Source: a virus (lineage: Duplodnaviria; Caudoviricetes). From it: a DNA stretch of 34,172 bases. The notes beneath the pieces were generated by a model. The model did not search any database. It was not told the DNA's origin and saw only the letters and a list, made by a program, of their open reading frames with translations. The translations under genes and the position numbers were made by a program. Location of the stretch: IMG/VR virus record IMGVR_UViG_3300038321_000427, positions 1-34,172 of that record. One strand, written 5' to 3'. Below are positions 8,669-17,889 of this stretch, in pieces (positions within the stretch are counted from its first letter, which is position 1; each line of letters opens with the position of its first letter).

Positions 8669-10288
8669 ATGGGAAAAAAATTAGCTTTAAAATGGATAAC
8701 TGACGTTATTGGAGAAGATTATAAAAACTGGTCACAAGGGGATTATGTAATTATTGATGCACAAACGGGCTGTGGTAAAACTTATTTTATTCTTAATAAA
8801 CTTTTAAATAATATAAGTAAAAATGATTCTATACTCTATATTTGCAATAGAACAAATCTAAAAAGACAAATAAAAGTTGATCTATTAAAACACTATGGTT
8901 TATACAAAGATGATATGAAACTTGATACTATAGATAAGATTAAATGGATACAAAATGTAAGAGTTACAAGTTATCACGAGCTATTTTTTAATAATATAAA
9001 TCAAATATATGATGGTGAAGATAATAGGTTTGAACTCAATAAACCTCGATATATGATTTTAGATGAATGTCAATTTCTATTTGAAGATGCTTCATTTTGC
9101 AATAAAATTCAATATACATATAAGAATTTAATTAGTGAATACCAACCATTTACAACTAAAATATTTTTATCTTCTACAATGCAAGAGATAAAAAATAAAA
9201 TAATAGATAATTTTAATTTAGGCAATGCTCCTGCATCTAAATTACGTATTTATAATACTGGAAGAGATTATAGCTATTTAAATATAAAATATTTTAAGAA
9301 GTTGGGTAATATAGTGAATTTAATACATAATGATAAGACAGATGATAAGTGGTTAATATTTGTTTCTAGTATACAAAAAGGTATTGAGATGCAAAAACAA
9401 TTAGGTAATGATATTAGTATTTTTGTACAAGCAAGAGATAAAATAACCAATAAATTTAATGACATAGTAAAAGATTGTAAATTTAAGCAAAAAGTTTTTA
9501 TTACTACAAAAGTGTTAGAAAATGGGATAAATATTAAAGATGATAAATTAAAAAATTTAGTGGTAATGACATATGACCAAACATCTTTTATACAAGAAAT
9601 AGGGCGTAAAAGAATTAACATAAATGATGCTCCTATAGTCAACATATACATACCAACAAGACAGTATAAGACCTTTAGAAGTTTAAATAAAACATATGAA
9701 GATAAATTGAAAGAAGTAAAACTTTTTAAAGATGATCCAGTTGAATTTAATAAAAAATATGATAATGATTTGAAATTATTTAAAAAAAATAATTTGAATG
9801 AATTGTTTTATAAAGATAAGTTCACAAAAGAATTCAAAATTAATGAAATTGGATTACATAGATTAAAAATAGATAAGAAGTTTGCTATAAAAATGATGCA
9901 CATATTAAAGAAAGATGAATTTGGATACATAAAAGAACAATTAGATTGGTTAAATTTAGGATATACGTTTAATGAGAATGAGCTAATAGAAGATATAATA
10001 CTTGATATTGAATTGGAAAATTTAATCAAATTTTTAAATAGTTTAGTGGGACAACAATTATTTAAAAAAGAACGAAAAGAATTAATTGATAAAATAAATT
10101 TAAGGGACAACAGAGGTAGGCAGCAAAAATCTATAAGTTTAATAAATGCATATTTTAAAGAAAATAAAATACCTTTTATCATTGATCGTGATAGAGATAA
10201 CAAAGAAAAATTAGATGATGGACAAAAAAATCTTAATTTCAGAAAAACTTATTGGATTATTGGTGAGATTAACTATAAGAAAAAATAA
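8669..10288 (+). CDS. Superfamily 2 (DEAD/DEAH-like) helicase, probably for replication
   Basis: Walker A AQTGCGKT, motif Ia NRTNL, Walker B ILDECQ, motif III LSST, motif V TTKVLENGINI, motif VI QEIGRKR. Confidence 0.88.
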   Translation: MGKKLALKWITDVIGEDYKNWSQGDYVIIDAQTGCGKTYFILNKLLNNISKNDSILYICNRTNLKRQIKVDLLKHYGLYKDDMKLDTIDKIKWIQNVRVTSYHELFFNNINQIYDGEDNRFELNKPRYMILDECQFLFEDASFCNKIQYTYKNLISEYQPFTTKIFLSSTMQEIKNKIIDNFNLGNAPASKLRIYNTGRDYSYLNIKYFKKLGNIVNLIHNDKTDDKWLIFVSSIQKGIEMQKQLGNDISIFVQARDKITNKFNDIVKDCKFKQKVFITTKVLENGINIKDDKLKNLVVMTYDQTSFIQEIGRKRININDAPIVNIYIPTRQYKTFRSLNKTYEDKLKEVKLFKDDPVEFNKKYDNDLKLFKKNNLNELFYKDKFTKEFKINEIGLHRLKIDKKFAIKMMHILKKDEFGYIKEQLDWLNLGYTFNENELIEDIILDIELENLIKFLNSLVGQQLFKKERKELIDKINLRDNRGRQQKSISLINAYFKENKIPFIIDRDRDNKEKLDDGQKNLNFRKTYWIIGEINYKKK

Positions 10289-10580
10289 TTTCTACCAAAA
10301 ATGTGGAGTGTTTTTATATATATAAATATGCTCCACAAAAATGGCAGAAAGTAAAAAATTTAATATATAAAAACACTCCAAAGGTCGTTTCACTTTAAAA
10401 TTTTAGTAATTAATTTGAGATTAGAATTTTTGATTTAGAAGAAACTTGTCCACAAAATTGCATTTATATTTCTATATTCTCATGTAATTTTTACATTCCT
10501 TATTGAAAACTTTTAACTGCATAACCAAGCCATTTAGACTATATAAATTGAGGGTATTATAGTCCCCAAATTAATCCACA
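10289..10580. repeat. Nested inverted repeats and DnaA-box-like sites; putative replication origin
   Basis: Perfect 18-bp IR 10304-10321/10363-10380; alternative hairpin 10289-10350; TTGTCCACA (10446) and TAATCCACA (10572). Confidence 0.55.
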
Positions 10581-10749
10581 AATTAATCGTTAAATTGAAA
10601 CTTAGATGAATTAAAATCAACTAAATAAAAATCAAAACATTTCAAATGTAGTGGTTTAACAGATGGTTAAAATTTTATACCATTCAGTACTATAAATACA
10701 ATTGAGAGTCTGAACAAAATAATATGTAAAGTTCTCATTTAAAGTTTAG

Positions 10750-11345
10750 TTATGCGATTCCGTAATTGAAGAACGGATACCGAACTTGGGTAATCCCCAG
10801 AGTTGGGGAAAACAGGTGAATTTAAACGACCTGTTATTACCGAAAATTAGTTCGTAAATAATTGATATCACTGAAAATGATAATGGATTTTAAATCTATC
10901 GGTAGTGTCATAAGTTTAATTTAGGATATAGGAAAATTAACTGTTTGGAACGGTAACTAATACCTAAGCATATTAAATGCAACAGATGTAGTAGAACTTG
11001 ACTTCTAAAACATATCAGAAGAAAAAATGGATGTCCCAGAACGGGATAACTAGATATATGTTATCACAGCGTTAACAAGATAATCACACATAGTGATTGA
11101 GTATGAGATATTATTTATAAATTGGTTAAATCTATTTACAAAGGGTAATCAAATAATGAATATCCTTTAATTTTGTCTGACTGATGAAATACAAATATAT
11201 AGTGTCCCACTCTGGGACATAAGAATATAGAGTTGTCACTGGGTGTAAAAGTTTGACATAATATCAAACTTACCATAAACCAACTTTGGATTGGGATGGA
11301 GCAAAATTGCATCGTCCTATTAACAGGCGTAAGCTGACACTTATC
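10750..11345 (+). ncRNA. Putative large structured RNA upstream of the RNA polymerase gene
   Basis: No credible ORF; more than 12 hairpins whose non-Watson-Crick pairs read G-U on +; GC about 32% by hand count, higher than other intergenic DNA here; boundaries approximate. Confidence 0.6.
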
Positions 11346-11383
11346 TATTAAAAAAATAAAATTAAATTGGGGGATATGATAAT

Positions 11384-14179
11384 ATGAATAAACAAGTAAA
11401 ATTATATAAAATAAATTTAGGAATGGCAAAGACTATAAATGAAAAGAAATTAAGCAGCCTAAGGAGTTATAGTTATAAGAAGCTTAAAAATTATAAAAAA
11501 ATGTTGGCTATAAACGTAAAAGAAGAATTAGGTGAAAAAACTTGGACTGAAAAATGTAATAATAAATTAAATGAAAAAATAAATAATGATGTCATGTATC
11601 AAGTATATTCAAATACATATGAAAAATATAAGGAATTATTAAGCAGCGAATATTCTTATAATAATGATATGAAACTATATAATGATGGCAATAAAGACAT
11701 GATAATTAGAGGTATAAATAGTAAAAATATAAAAGATACAAGTACAATAGCAATTGGAAGCAATAATCTTGTACGAGTATTGGAACTTAATTTAGGAGAA
11801 TTTACAGATAAATTTATTGAAATTGAGTGTGGAAAAATTGATGATAATATAATAGACAATGTTGTACATAATGGTTTATTCATAGATAATAATTATTACA
11901 TTTTCTTTACAGCAGGTGCAGGACAAACAAGAAAACAAAAATTTTTAATGATAAAAGAAGATGTTTGGAAAGAAAAAGGACAAACTTTATTATGTGGACT
12001 AACTATAGAAAAAATGAACGAAATGGGTGGTATGAATATTAATAAGTTTCTAGCTTATTTAGCTCTGAATAATTCTAACTCTATTGTATGGAAAGATTTT
12101 GATATAGATAGATGCATAGTTGTGCCAGATTTTGAAACAATGGTAAATTCTAAAGTAGATTATATAAGTAGAAATGACAAAGCAGAAGATGGAACAATAA
12201 AATATACTAATAAAAAAGGTAAAGAAGTAATAAGAAAAAAATATAAAGTTGATTGGTCTATAGAAAAAAATAAAGTAATGGATGTTCCAGTTCCACATAT
12301 GGATGGATGTGGTATTATGCTTACAAGTATAAATAAGAAAAATATACAATTTAGGATGCCCTGGTTTAAGGGATTATTGACACCAACAAATTTTAAAAAA
12401 TATGCTATAGAAGAAGCTAAAAATACAATAGTTACAGATATATATGGTAAAGAATGGAATATAGTAAAAGATAAAATACAAATAATTTTTACAGCCAGTC
12501 AGTTTAAACTTGCAAAGTATTATTCTTCATGGCAAGAATATAAAGATAATTTTAAAAAGTATAAATGTACATTTAATATTTGCGAGGAAGATGAAAGGAA
12601 ATATAAAGACAAACAATTAAATTATCAGATGTTACAAACATTAACTGACATGACAGATCCGCAAGTGGAATTGTTATGTAAGGATTTTAAAGATTTTATT
12701 GCAAAAGTACATAGTGATAGGGACTCCCAATTAGAATTCTTAGGTGCAACTAAATATAATGAATATAGAGATTATTTTCAAGAAGCTTTGAGACTATATC
12801 CAGAAATGTTACAATCTGATTATGTTAATGCTCAAATAAAACAAATAATTAAGAAAGCTAAAAAAGATGCAAAATGTGGGAAAATAATAATACCAAATAC
12901 AAAAAGAGTATTTATAATTCCAGATGTAATTGCATTTATGGACTGGCTATTTACTGGAAAAGAAAATCCAGAAGGTTGTTTAAAAGAGAATGAAGTATAT
13001 TGTGATTTATATAAAGATATAGATAAATTAGATGTATTAAGAAGTCCTCATTTGTCATTTGAACATGCTATAAGAAATAACGTTGCTACTAAAAAGAAAA
13101 ATAATAAATATAAATATTTTACTACTAATGGGATATATACATCCTCACATGATTTAATTAGCAAAATATTACAATTCGATGTAGACGGAGATCATGCAGT
13201 AGTCATTTGTGAAAAATGGGTTATCAAATTAGTTGAAAATATGATTAAAAAATATAATATTAATCCAATATATTATACGATGGGTAAAGCTCCAGCAACA
13301 CAAATAAATGCAGACAATATATTTGAATGTTTAAAATTTGTATATCATAAATCTAATATTGGTAAGGTCAGCAATGCTTTAACTAAAATTTGGAATGGTA
13401 ACGATCCTTGGGATAACTACAATATTGTTGAAAAACTCTGTGCTTTTAATAATTTTGTAATAGATAGTGCTAAAACATTGGAGATTCCAAAAAAGCCAAA
13501 AGATGTAAAAGATATGTTTGATAAATTACAGCAAGAAAAATATCCTTACTTTTTTCAATTTGTAAAAGATGAAGTAAAATTAAAAGATTGTAATAAAAGA
13601 AGTAATAGCGTAATGGATAGAATTTGTAAGCAAATAGAACATATTGCAAGAAAAGATTTTAATTATGATGGATTTGGAACTTTTAAGATTGATAATTTAT
13701 TACATGATAGGAGAAGTAAGCAAATAAATTATTCTATAGTAGACTTTTATTTACAACTAGAAAAAGAAACAAGAGAAAAAATTAATGCTTATGCTACTAC
13801 ACAAAAAGGTGCAGATGAAGAAGATAGTTGTATTGGATATTATAAAAAAGAATATTACATAGAAGCAAGAAAAAGAGTTTTAGAATATGCTAAAGAAAAT
13901 AATTTAAGATATGATTATATAGTGGATAATATAATTAAATATACTTTTGAAAAAGACAATTATAAAATGGCTTTCCTATTTAATGTTTTTGGTGCAAATA
14001 TAATAAACAATATAAATAAAAATATAACTAAATCTATAGATGAAGGATATGTACTTTGTGCAGATTGTGGTAAAAGGATTAAAAATACAAATGGAAAAAC
14101 TAAAAGGTGCAAAGAATGTGCTGTTGATATAAATAAGAAGAAAACCAATATTAATAAGAAAAAGAAAAAAATAGCATAA
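11384..14179 (+). CDS. YonO-like single-subunit RNA polymerase (two double-psi barrels, related to eukaryotic RdRP and multisubunit RNAP)
   Basis: FTAGAGQTR, HMDGCG, QFRMPWFKGLL, LNYQMLQTL, LRSPHL, catalytic LQFDVDGD (nt 13178-13192), IGKVSN, NNFVIDSAKT; C-terminal CxxC...CxxC zinc ribbon. Confidence 0.88.
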   Translation: MNKQVKLYKINLGMAKTINEKKLSSLRSYSYKKLKNYKKMLAINVKEELGEKTWTEKCNNKLNEKINNDVMYQVYSNTYEKYKELLSSEYSYNNDMKLYNDGNKDMIIRGINSKNIKDTSTIAIGSNNLVRVLELNLGEFTDKFIEIECGKIDDNIIDNVVHNGLFIDNNYYIFFTAGAGQTRKQKFLMIKEDVWKEKGQTLLCGLTIEKMNEMGGMNINKFLAYLALNNSNSIVWKDFDIDRCIVVPDFETMVNSKVDYISRNDKAEDGTIKYTNKKGKEVIRKKYKVDWSIEKNKVMDVPVPHMDGCGIMLTSINKKNIQFRMPWFKGLLTPTNFKKYAIEEAKNTIVTDIYGKEWNIVKDKIQIIFTASQFKLAKYYSSWQEYKDNFKKYKCTFNICEEDERKYKDKQLNYQMLQTLTDMTDPQVELLCKDFKDFIAKVHSDRDSQLEFLGATKYNEYRDYFQEALRLYPEMLQSDYVNAQIKQIIKKAKKDAKCGKIIIPNTKRVFIIPDVIAFMDWLFTGKENPEGCLKENEVYCDLYKDIDKLDVLRSPHLSFEHAIRNNVATKKKNNKYKYFTTNGIYTSSHDLISKILQFDVDGDHAVVICEKWVIKLVENMIKKYNINPIYYTMGKAPATQINADNIFECLKFVYHKSNIGKVSNALTKIWNGNDPWDNYNIVEKLCAFNNFVIDSAKTLEIPKKPKDVKDMFDKLQQEKYPYFFQFVKDEVKLKDCNKRSNSVMDRICKQIEHIARKDFNYDGFGTFKIDNLLHDRRSKQINYSIVDFYLQLEKETREKINAYATTQKGADEEDSCIGYYKKEYYIEARKRVLEYAKENNLRYDYIVDNIIKYTFEKDNYKMAFLFNVFGANIINNINKNITKSIDEGYVLCADCGKRIKNTNGKTKRCKECAVDINKKKTNINKKKKKIA

Positions 14180-14360
14180 GTTTGATTTGCTAAAATGATT
14201 AAAACGTTGATATAATTGAGCTTGACAGTATATCAAAACAAAACTATTTTTAAGAATGGCTTGTTTACTAAGGTTAGATATGTTTTTGAAGTGTGTAAAT
14301 GAGATAGAAAGAATGAGTGAGAACTCGTAAAAAACCAGTAAGACGTAATGAACTTACACT

Positions 14361-14393
14361 AAAGGATAGTTGGAATTTCCTTCTATCCTTTTA
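14361..14393 (+). terminator. Rho-independent terminator-like hairpin
   Basis: AAAGGATAG...CTATCCTTT-T. Confidence 0.6.
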
Positions 14394-14463
14394 AAATTTA
14401 ATTCTATTTTTGTCTACAAATAATAACTATATAAATTAATTATGTTTCAATGATTTATAAAAT

Positions 14464-14492
14464 GGCTAGGAGTTGGTTACTCTTAGCTTTAT
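14464..14492 (+). terminator. Rho-independent terminator
   Basis: GGCTAGGAGT-tggtt-ACTCTTAGCT followed by a T-rich tail. Confidence 0.65.
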
Positions 14493-14582
14493 TATTTTTT
14501 TAACTTAAAAATATATATACATAAACATTATATCATGTATAGGATGTTTTGTAAATATAAAAATAAAAAATGGAGGAGAAAT

Positions 14583-14729
14583 ATGTTTAAAATTTTAAAG
14601 AAGAAAAAGAAAGACCAAGTTAAAAGGAAGTTTGACTGTCGGAGGAGTCCTAGAGACGAGAACGATTTATATTTAGATACTAGAACTTGGCGAGTTTATA
14701 AGAAGGCTTATATAGAGAAGGGGGAATAA
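14583..14729 (+). CDS. Small basic hypothetical protein (48 aa)
   Basis: GGAGGAG RBS before ATG 14583. Confidence 0.55.
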   Translation: MFKILKKKKKDQVKRKFDCRRSPRDENDLYLDTRTWRVYKKAYIEKGE

Positions 14730-14734
14730 AGGAA

Positions 14735-15076
14735 ATGATTAAATTTGATGAAACAGAAATAGAATACATAAAAAAATCTATGCAGAATGTGCTAGATATT
14801 TGGGAGAATGGAACTAAAGAAGAATTGGAGCAATATATAGAAGATATAGGTGGAGAAATATTAGATATAGTTATATTAATAAGCAGGAACGATTGGTTTC
14901 TATTAGATAAAGTCAATAAAATTGATTGCATTAATAGTAAAATTAAAGACTTTTGTTACTATGGACTTGGAATGTGGGTTTGGGTAGATTCATACATGGA
15001 TACAGCAGCAGAAGTTTTAAAATATGTTCCAGATACAATTTATTGCAATATTTATAGAAAAATTATATCAAAATAG
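14735..15076 (+). CDS. Hypothetical protein
   Basis: 113-aa ORF with purine-rich RBS. Confidence 0.65.
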   Translation: MIKFDETEIEYIKKSMQNVLDIWENGTKEELEQYIEDIGGEILDIVILISRNDWFLLDKVNKIDCINSKIKDFCYYGLGMWVWVDSYMDTAAEVLKYVPDTIYCNIYRKIISK

Positions 15077-15193
15077 TTAAATTTTTTATTGATTTTTTTA
15101 TTTAAAAAAGTATAAACCTCCACAAATAAAATATAACATATATAAAAATCAATGTCAATTAAAAAATAAAAAAAAGAAAAGGTGGAATTAATA

Positions 15194-15862
15194 ATGGAAA
15201 ATATAAAAGTAGCTGGGAATATATATTGTGCAGGTGTGTATGGAATTCGTACTAAGGAAATGAAAGATTATTTGTATATTGGTAGTGCCATAGAAATAAA
15301 CGATGCTCTTAGTAGGCATAAACATAATCTTAAAAATAATAAATATAATAAAGGCAATAAAAAAGTTTTACAAGATAAGTTTGATGAAGGCGAACAATTA
15401 ATTTTTGAAGTTATTTGGACAAGTTGCTTCCATTCAAAAAATTTGAATGACGAACAAAAAGATGCTTTACAAGAGGAGTTATCTGTCATAGAAGAATTTT
15501 ATATAAATTTTTATAGAATATGTTGCAATTGTCAAAAATCTGTAACTAAACATAGTAGTAATAAAGATAAATTATCTACATATAAACGTCAAATTGCCAA
15601 TAGAGGTGAGAATAATCCACATTGCACAAAGTTAAATAAAGAAAAGGTAAAACAAATTAAAATATATCAGAAAAATAATACATATAATGATAAACAACTT
15701 GCAGAAATGTATAATGTCTCTTTATCACATATAAGAAATATTAGAGATGGTAATAGGTGGGCAAGTGTACATATAGAAGACAAAAGTAATGTTGTATCCT
15801 TTGGCGAGAATACAACAGGTTCTAATACTGTATTTGGCGATACAGTTAATTTTAATAACTAA
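15194..15862 (+). CDS. GIY-YIG homing-type endonuclease with C-terminal HTH
   Basis: GVYGI...LYIGSA...SRHK...EEFYI; RGENNPHCTKL and LAEMYNVSLSHIRNIRDGNRW DNA-binding modules; start at 15182 or 15194. Confidence 0.82.
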   Translation: MENIKVAGNIYCAGVYGIRTKEMKDYLYIGSAIEINDALSRHKHNLKNNKYNKGNKKVLQDKFDEGEQLIFEVIWTSCFHSKNLNDEQKDALQEELSVIEEFYINFYRICCNCQKSVTKHSSNKDKLSTYKRQIANRGENNPHCTKLNKEKVKQIKIYQKNNTYNDKQLAEMYNVSLSHIRNIRDGNRWASVHIEDKSNVVSFGENTTGSNTVFGDTVNFNN

Positions 15863-15898
15863 TTATATTATAACACATTAATAATAGAAATATACAAG

Positions 15899-15925
15899 GA
15901 GGTGTCCGAAATTTTTGGATACCTC
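15899..15925 (+). promoter_or_regulatory. Stem-loop or operator-like inverted repeat
   Basis: GAGGTGTCCGAA-att-TTTGGATACCTC, 12-bp stem. Confidence 0.5.
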
Positions 15926-15953
15926 GATTTTTAAAAATAGGAGGTAGTAAGTA

Positions 15954-16403
15954 ATGTACATATATAAAGACACTATAAAAGGTGTAATAAAATCTACCAT
16001 AGCTAAAAAAAAATTAGCAGGGGTAAAAGATATAGATTTTTTTATTAAACAAAATGGTGATAAAAAAGAATTTGTAGGTCATGTAATATGGCAAGAAGGT
16101 GTAAATGAAGATTTTTATACGGAAATAGATGGTTTAAGAAATGAAAAGTATATATTAACTAAGTCTATAAACTGTTGTGCATACATAATGTACCAACATT
16201 CAACGCCTTTGGACTTTTATAAAGACTCAAAAACAGGAAATATATTATTTAAATTTAGGAAAAATGAGAACAATAAGGAGTCTTATAATAAGTATAAAGA
16301 GACAGTTATGAACCAGAATAAGTTGGAAGTAGACATTATTAGATTTAATAAAATTATTCATTATATCAAAAAGAAGACTAGAGAATTCAGAGAAAATAAT
16401 TGA
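15954..16403 (+). CDS. Hypothetical protein (DUF5659-like)
   Basis: TKSINCCAYIM...DSKTGNILFKF pattern; AGGAGG RBS. Confidence 0.65.
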   Translation: MYIYKDTIKGVIKSTIAKKKLAGVKDIDFFIKQNGDKKEFVGHVIWQEGVNEDFYTEIDGLRNEKYILTKSINCCAYIMYQHSTPLDFYKDSKTGNILFKFRKNENNKESYNKYKETVMNQNKLEVDIIRFNKIIHYIKKKTREFRENN

Positions 16404-16472
16404 AATATAGAGGATATCTGACTAGTATTGTAGAATATGAACATAACATACAATATTAGGGAGTGATTTATT

Positions 16473-17324
16473 ATGAGTGAATTTAAAATTAAATTTGAAT
16501 TGCCTTCTGAGTTTTTTAAAGATGATAAAGCAAAATGTATTGATGATTCTATAAAAGGACAAGTGAATGTGAATAAATTTTCATGTGAAAATGATTATAA
16601 TTTAAAACTGATTGAATTATATAAAAAGGCAAACTATGATGTTAGTGTATATAAATTTAAAGATGATATTCCAATGACTTATGAGGATAGATGCGATAAT
16701 ATAAGCTATGATAAAGAAAAGTATGTTGCTTATTTAAAGAGCAAAGAAAAAGAAATAGAAATTTTACAAAAATATATAGATATGGATAGCTGGCTTAATG
16801 AGAAATCAGGAAATGTTGTAAAATATTTATCATATCTTACTGAAATAATTAAGAAGAACGAAGATAAAATTTCAAAAGAAATTTGTGAAGACATTTATTT
16901 TTATCTCTCACCAGCTCTTATAGATGCAACAAAGGTATATGGTTTTATATGTGATAGTAAAGAACAATCAGGAAATGAAGGCGAATTGATTTTTGATAAA
17001 GGTAATGATGGTCTAGAAGAGGTCTTGGTTAAATTTGGACAACTGGATAAAACCTCTAGAATGAAAAAAATTGAAGATTTATCAGAGTTTGTACTTAAAT
17101 TAGAACAATTGATTAAAGGCGATAAGTCAAATAGAACTCTTGTTCATGAAGCATTAGCTAAGTACCAAAATAGAACTAATAAAGTAAAAAGTGAGATTGA
17201 AAAATTAGAGAATTCAATTGAAAAGGTAACAATGGGAGAATCAAGTTGGGGTGTATTTGTTACTACTGCGAAATATATAATTCCACAGTTGAAAGAAGAA
17301 TTAAATAATATTAAAAATACATAG
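16473..17324 (+). CDS. Hypothetical helical/coiled-coil protein
   Basis: 283-aa ORF; GGGAGTG RBS. Confidence 0.7.
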   Translation: MSEFKIKFELPSEFFKDDKAKCIDDSIKGQVNVNKFSCENDYNLKLIELYKKANYDVSVYKFKDDIPMTYEDRCDNISYDKEKYVAYLKSKEKEIEILQKYIDMDSWLNEKSGNVVKYLSYLTEIIKKNEDKISKEICEDIYFYLSPALIDATKVYGFICDSKEQSGNEGELIFDKGNDGLEEVLVKFGQLDKTSRMKKIEDLSEFVLKLEQLIKGDKSNRTLVHEALAKYQNRTNKVKSEIEKLENSIEKVTMGESSWGVFVTTAKYIIPQLKEELNNIKNT

Positions 17325-17413
17325 GAGCTTATTATGGATATTACAAGTAGTTAAAAAAACTAAAATTTTCATTTTGATTTAGTATTAAGTAATTTAGTAG
17401 GAGGATAAAAAAT

Positions 17414-17806
17414 ATGAAATTAGATACTAAACAAAAAGTTTTAGTTGCTATTTACACTGAGTATCAAAGAGATATACCTAATATGGAACAAGCAATAACT
17501 TGTGAAAACTTAAAGATGGACAAGGATAAATTTATTTTTGCATTAAGAAAACTTAAGAATGAAGGATTAATTCAAAATATTGAGTTTGTATGGGCTGAAA
17601 ATGAGATACAAGACTTTGAATTAGGAGATATGTTAATTTCATCTTGTGGAATAGAATATGTTGAACAAAAAATAGGAATAGATAAAACATTAAGTGGATT
17701 AGATAAAGTAAAGCATATTATAGAAAGGTCTGGAGAATGGGGAATAAATCAACTTAAAGATTTTGGATCAAAGGTTGCAGCAGAAATAATAAGATCTAAT
17801 ATTTAA
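17414..17806 (+). CDS. YjcQ-like winged-helix protein
   Basis: KQKVLVAIYTEYQ...ALRKLKNEGLI...ISSCGIEYVE; AGGAGG RBS. Confidence 0.65.
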   Translation: MKLDTKQKVLVAIYTEYQRDIPNMEQAITCENLKMDKDKFIFALRKLKNEGLIQNIEFVWAENEIQDFELGDMLISSCGIEYVEQKIGIDKTLSGLDKVKHIIERSGEWGINQLKDFGSKVAAEIIRSNI

Positions 17807-17889
17807 TTTTAATCTAAAAAGTCTCTATTACAAAATATTTTAAATTTATACAAATAGCAGTATAATAATGGTAGAATTTTGTAAGGGAG

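Noticed and set aside
11181-11230. CTGATGA hammerhead-like core
   Set aside because: No GAAA following a stem II, so the catalytic core is incomplete
10750-11345. Group I/II intron, tmRNA, RNase P or tRNA identity for the structured region
   Set aside because: No domain V, P7, GAGGAAAGTCC or T-loop signatures seen and no interrupted ORF; an Rfam search is still needed
11136-11429. 97-aa minus-strand ORF over the putative ncRNA
   Set aside because: No convincing RBS, atypical composition, overlaps the polymerase start; G-U polarity favours a + strand RNA
11384-14179. Eukaryotic RNAi RdRP or contamination
   Set aside because: Bacterial RBS, phage context and YonO-type motifs; RNA-templated activity remains only a hypothesis
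10526-14263. CAAGCCATT/AATGGCTTG inverted pair flanking the RNA and RNAP gene as mobile-element ends
   Set aside because: Only 9 bp exact, no target duplication or transposase; may be chance or a protein-binding motif
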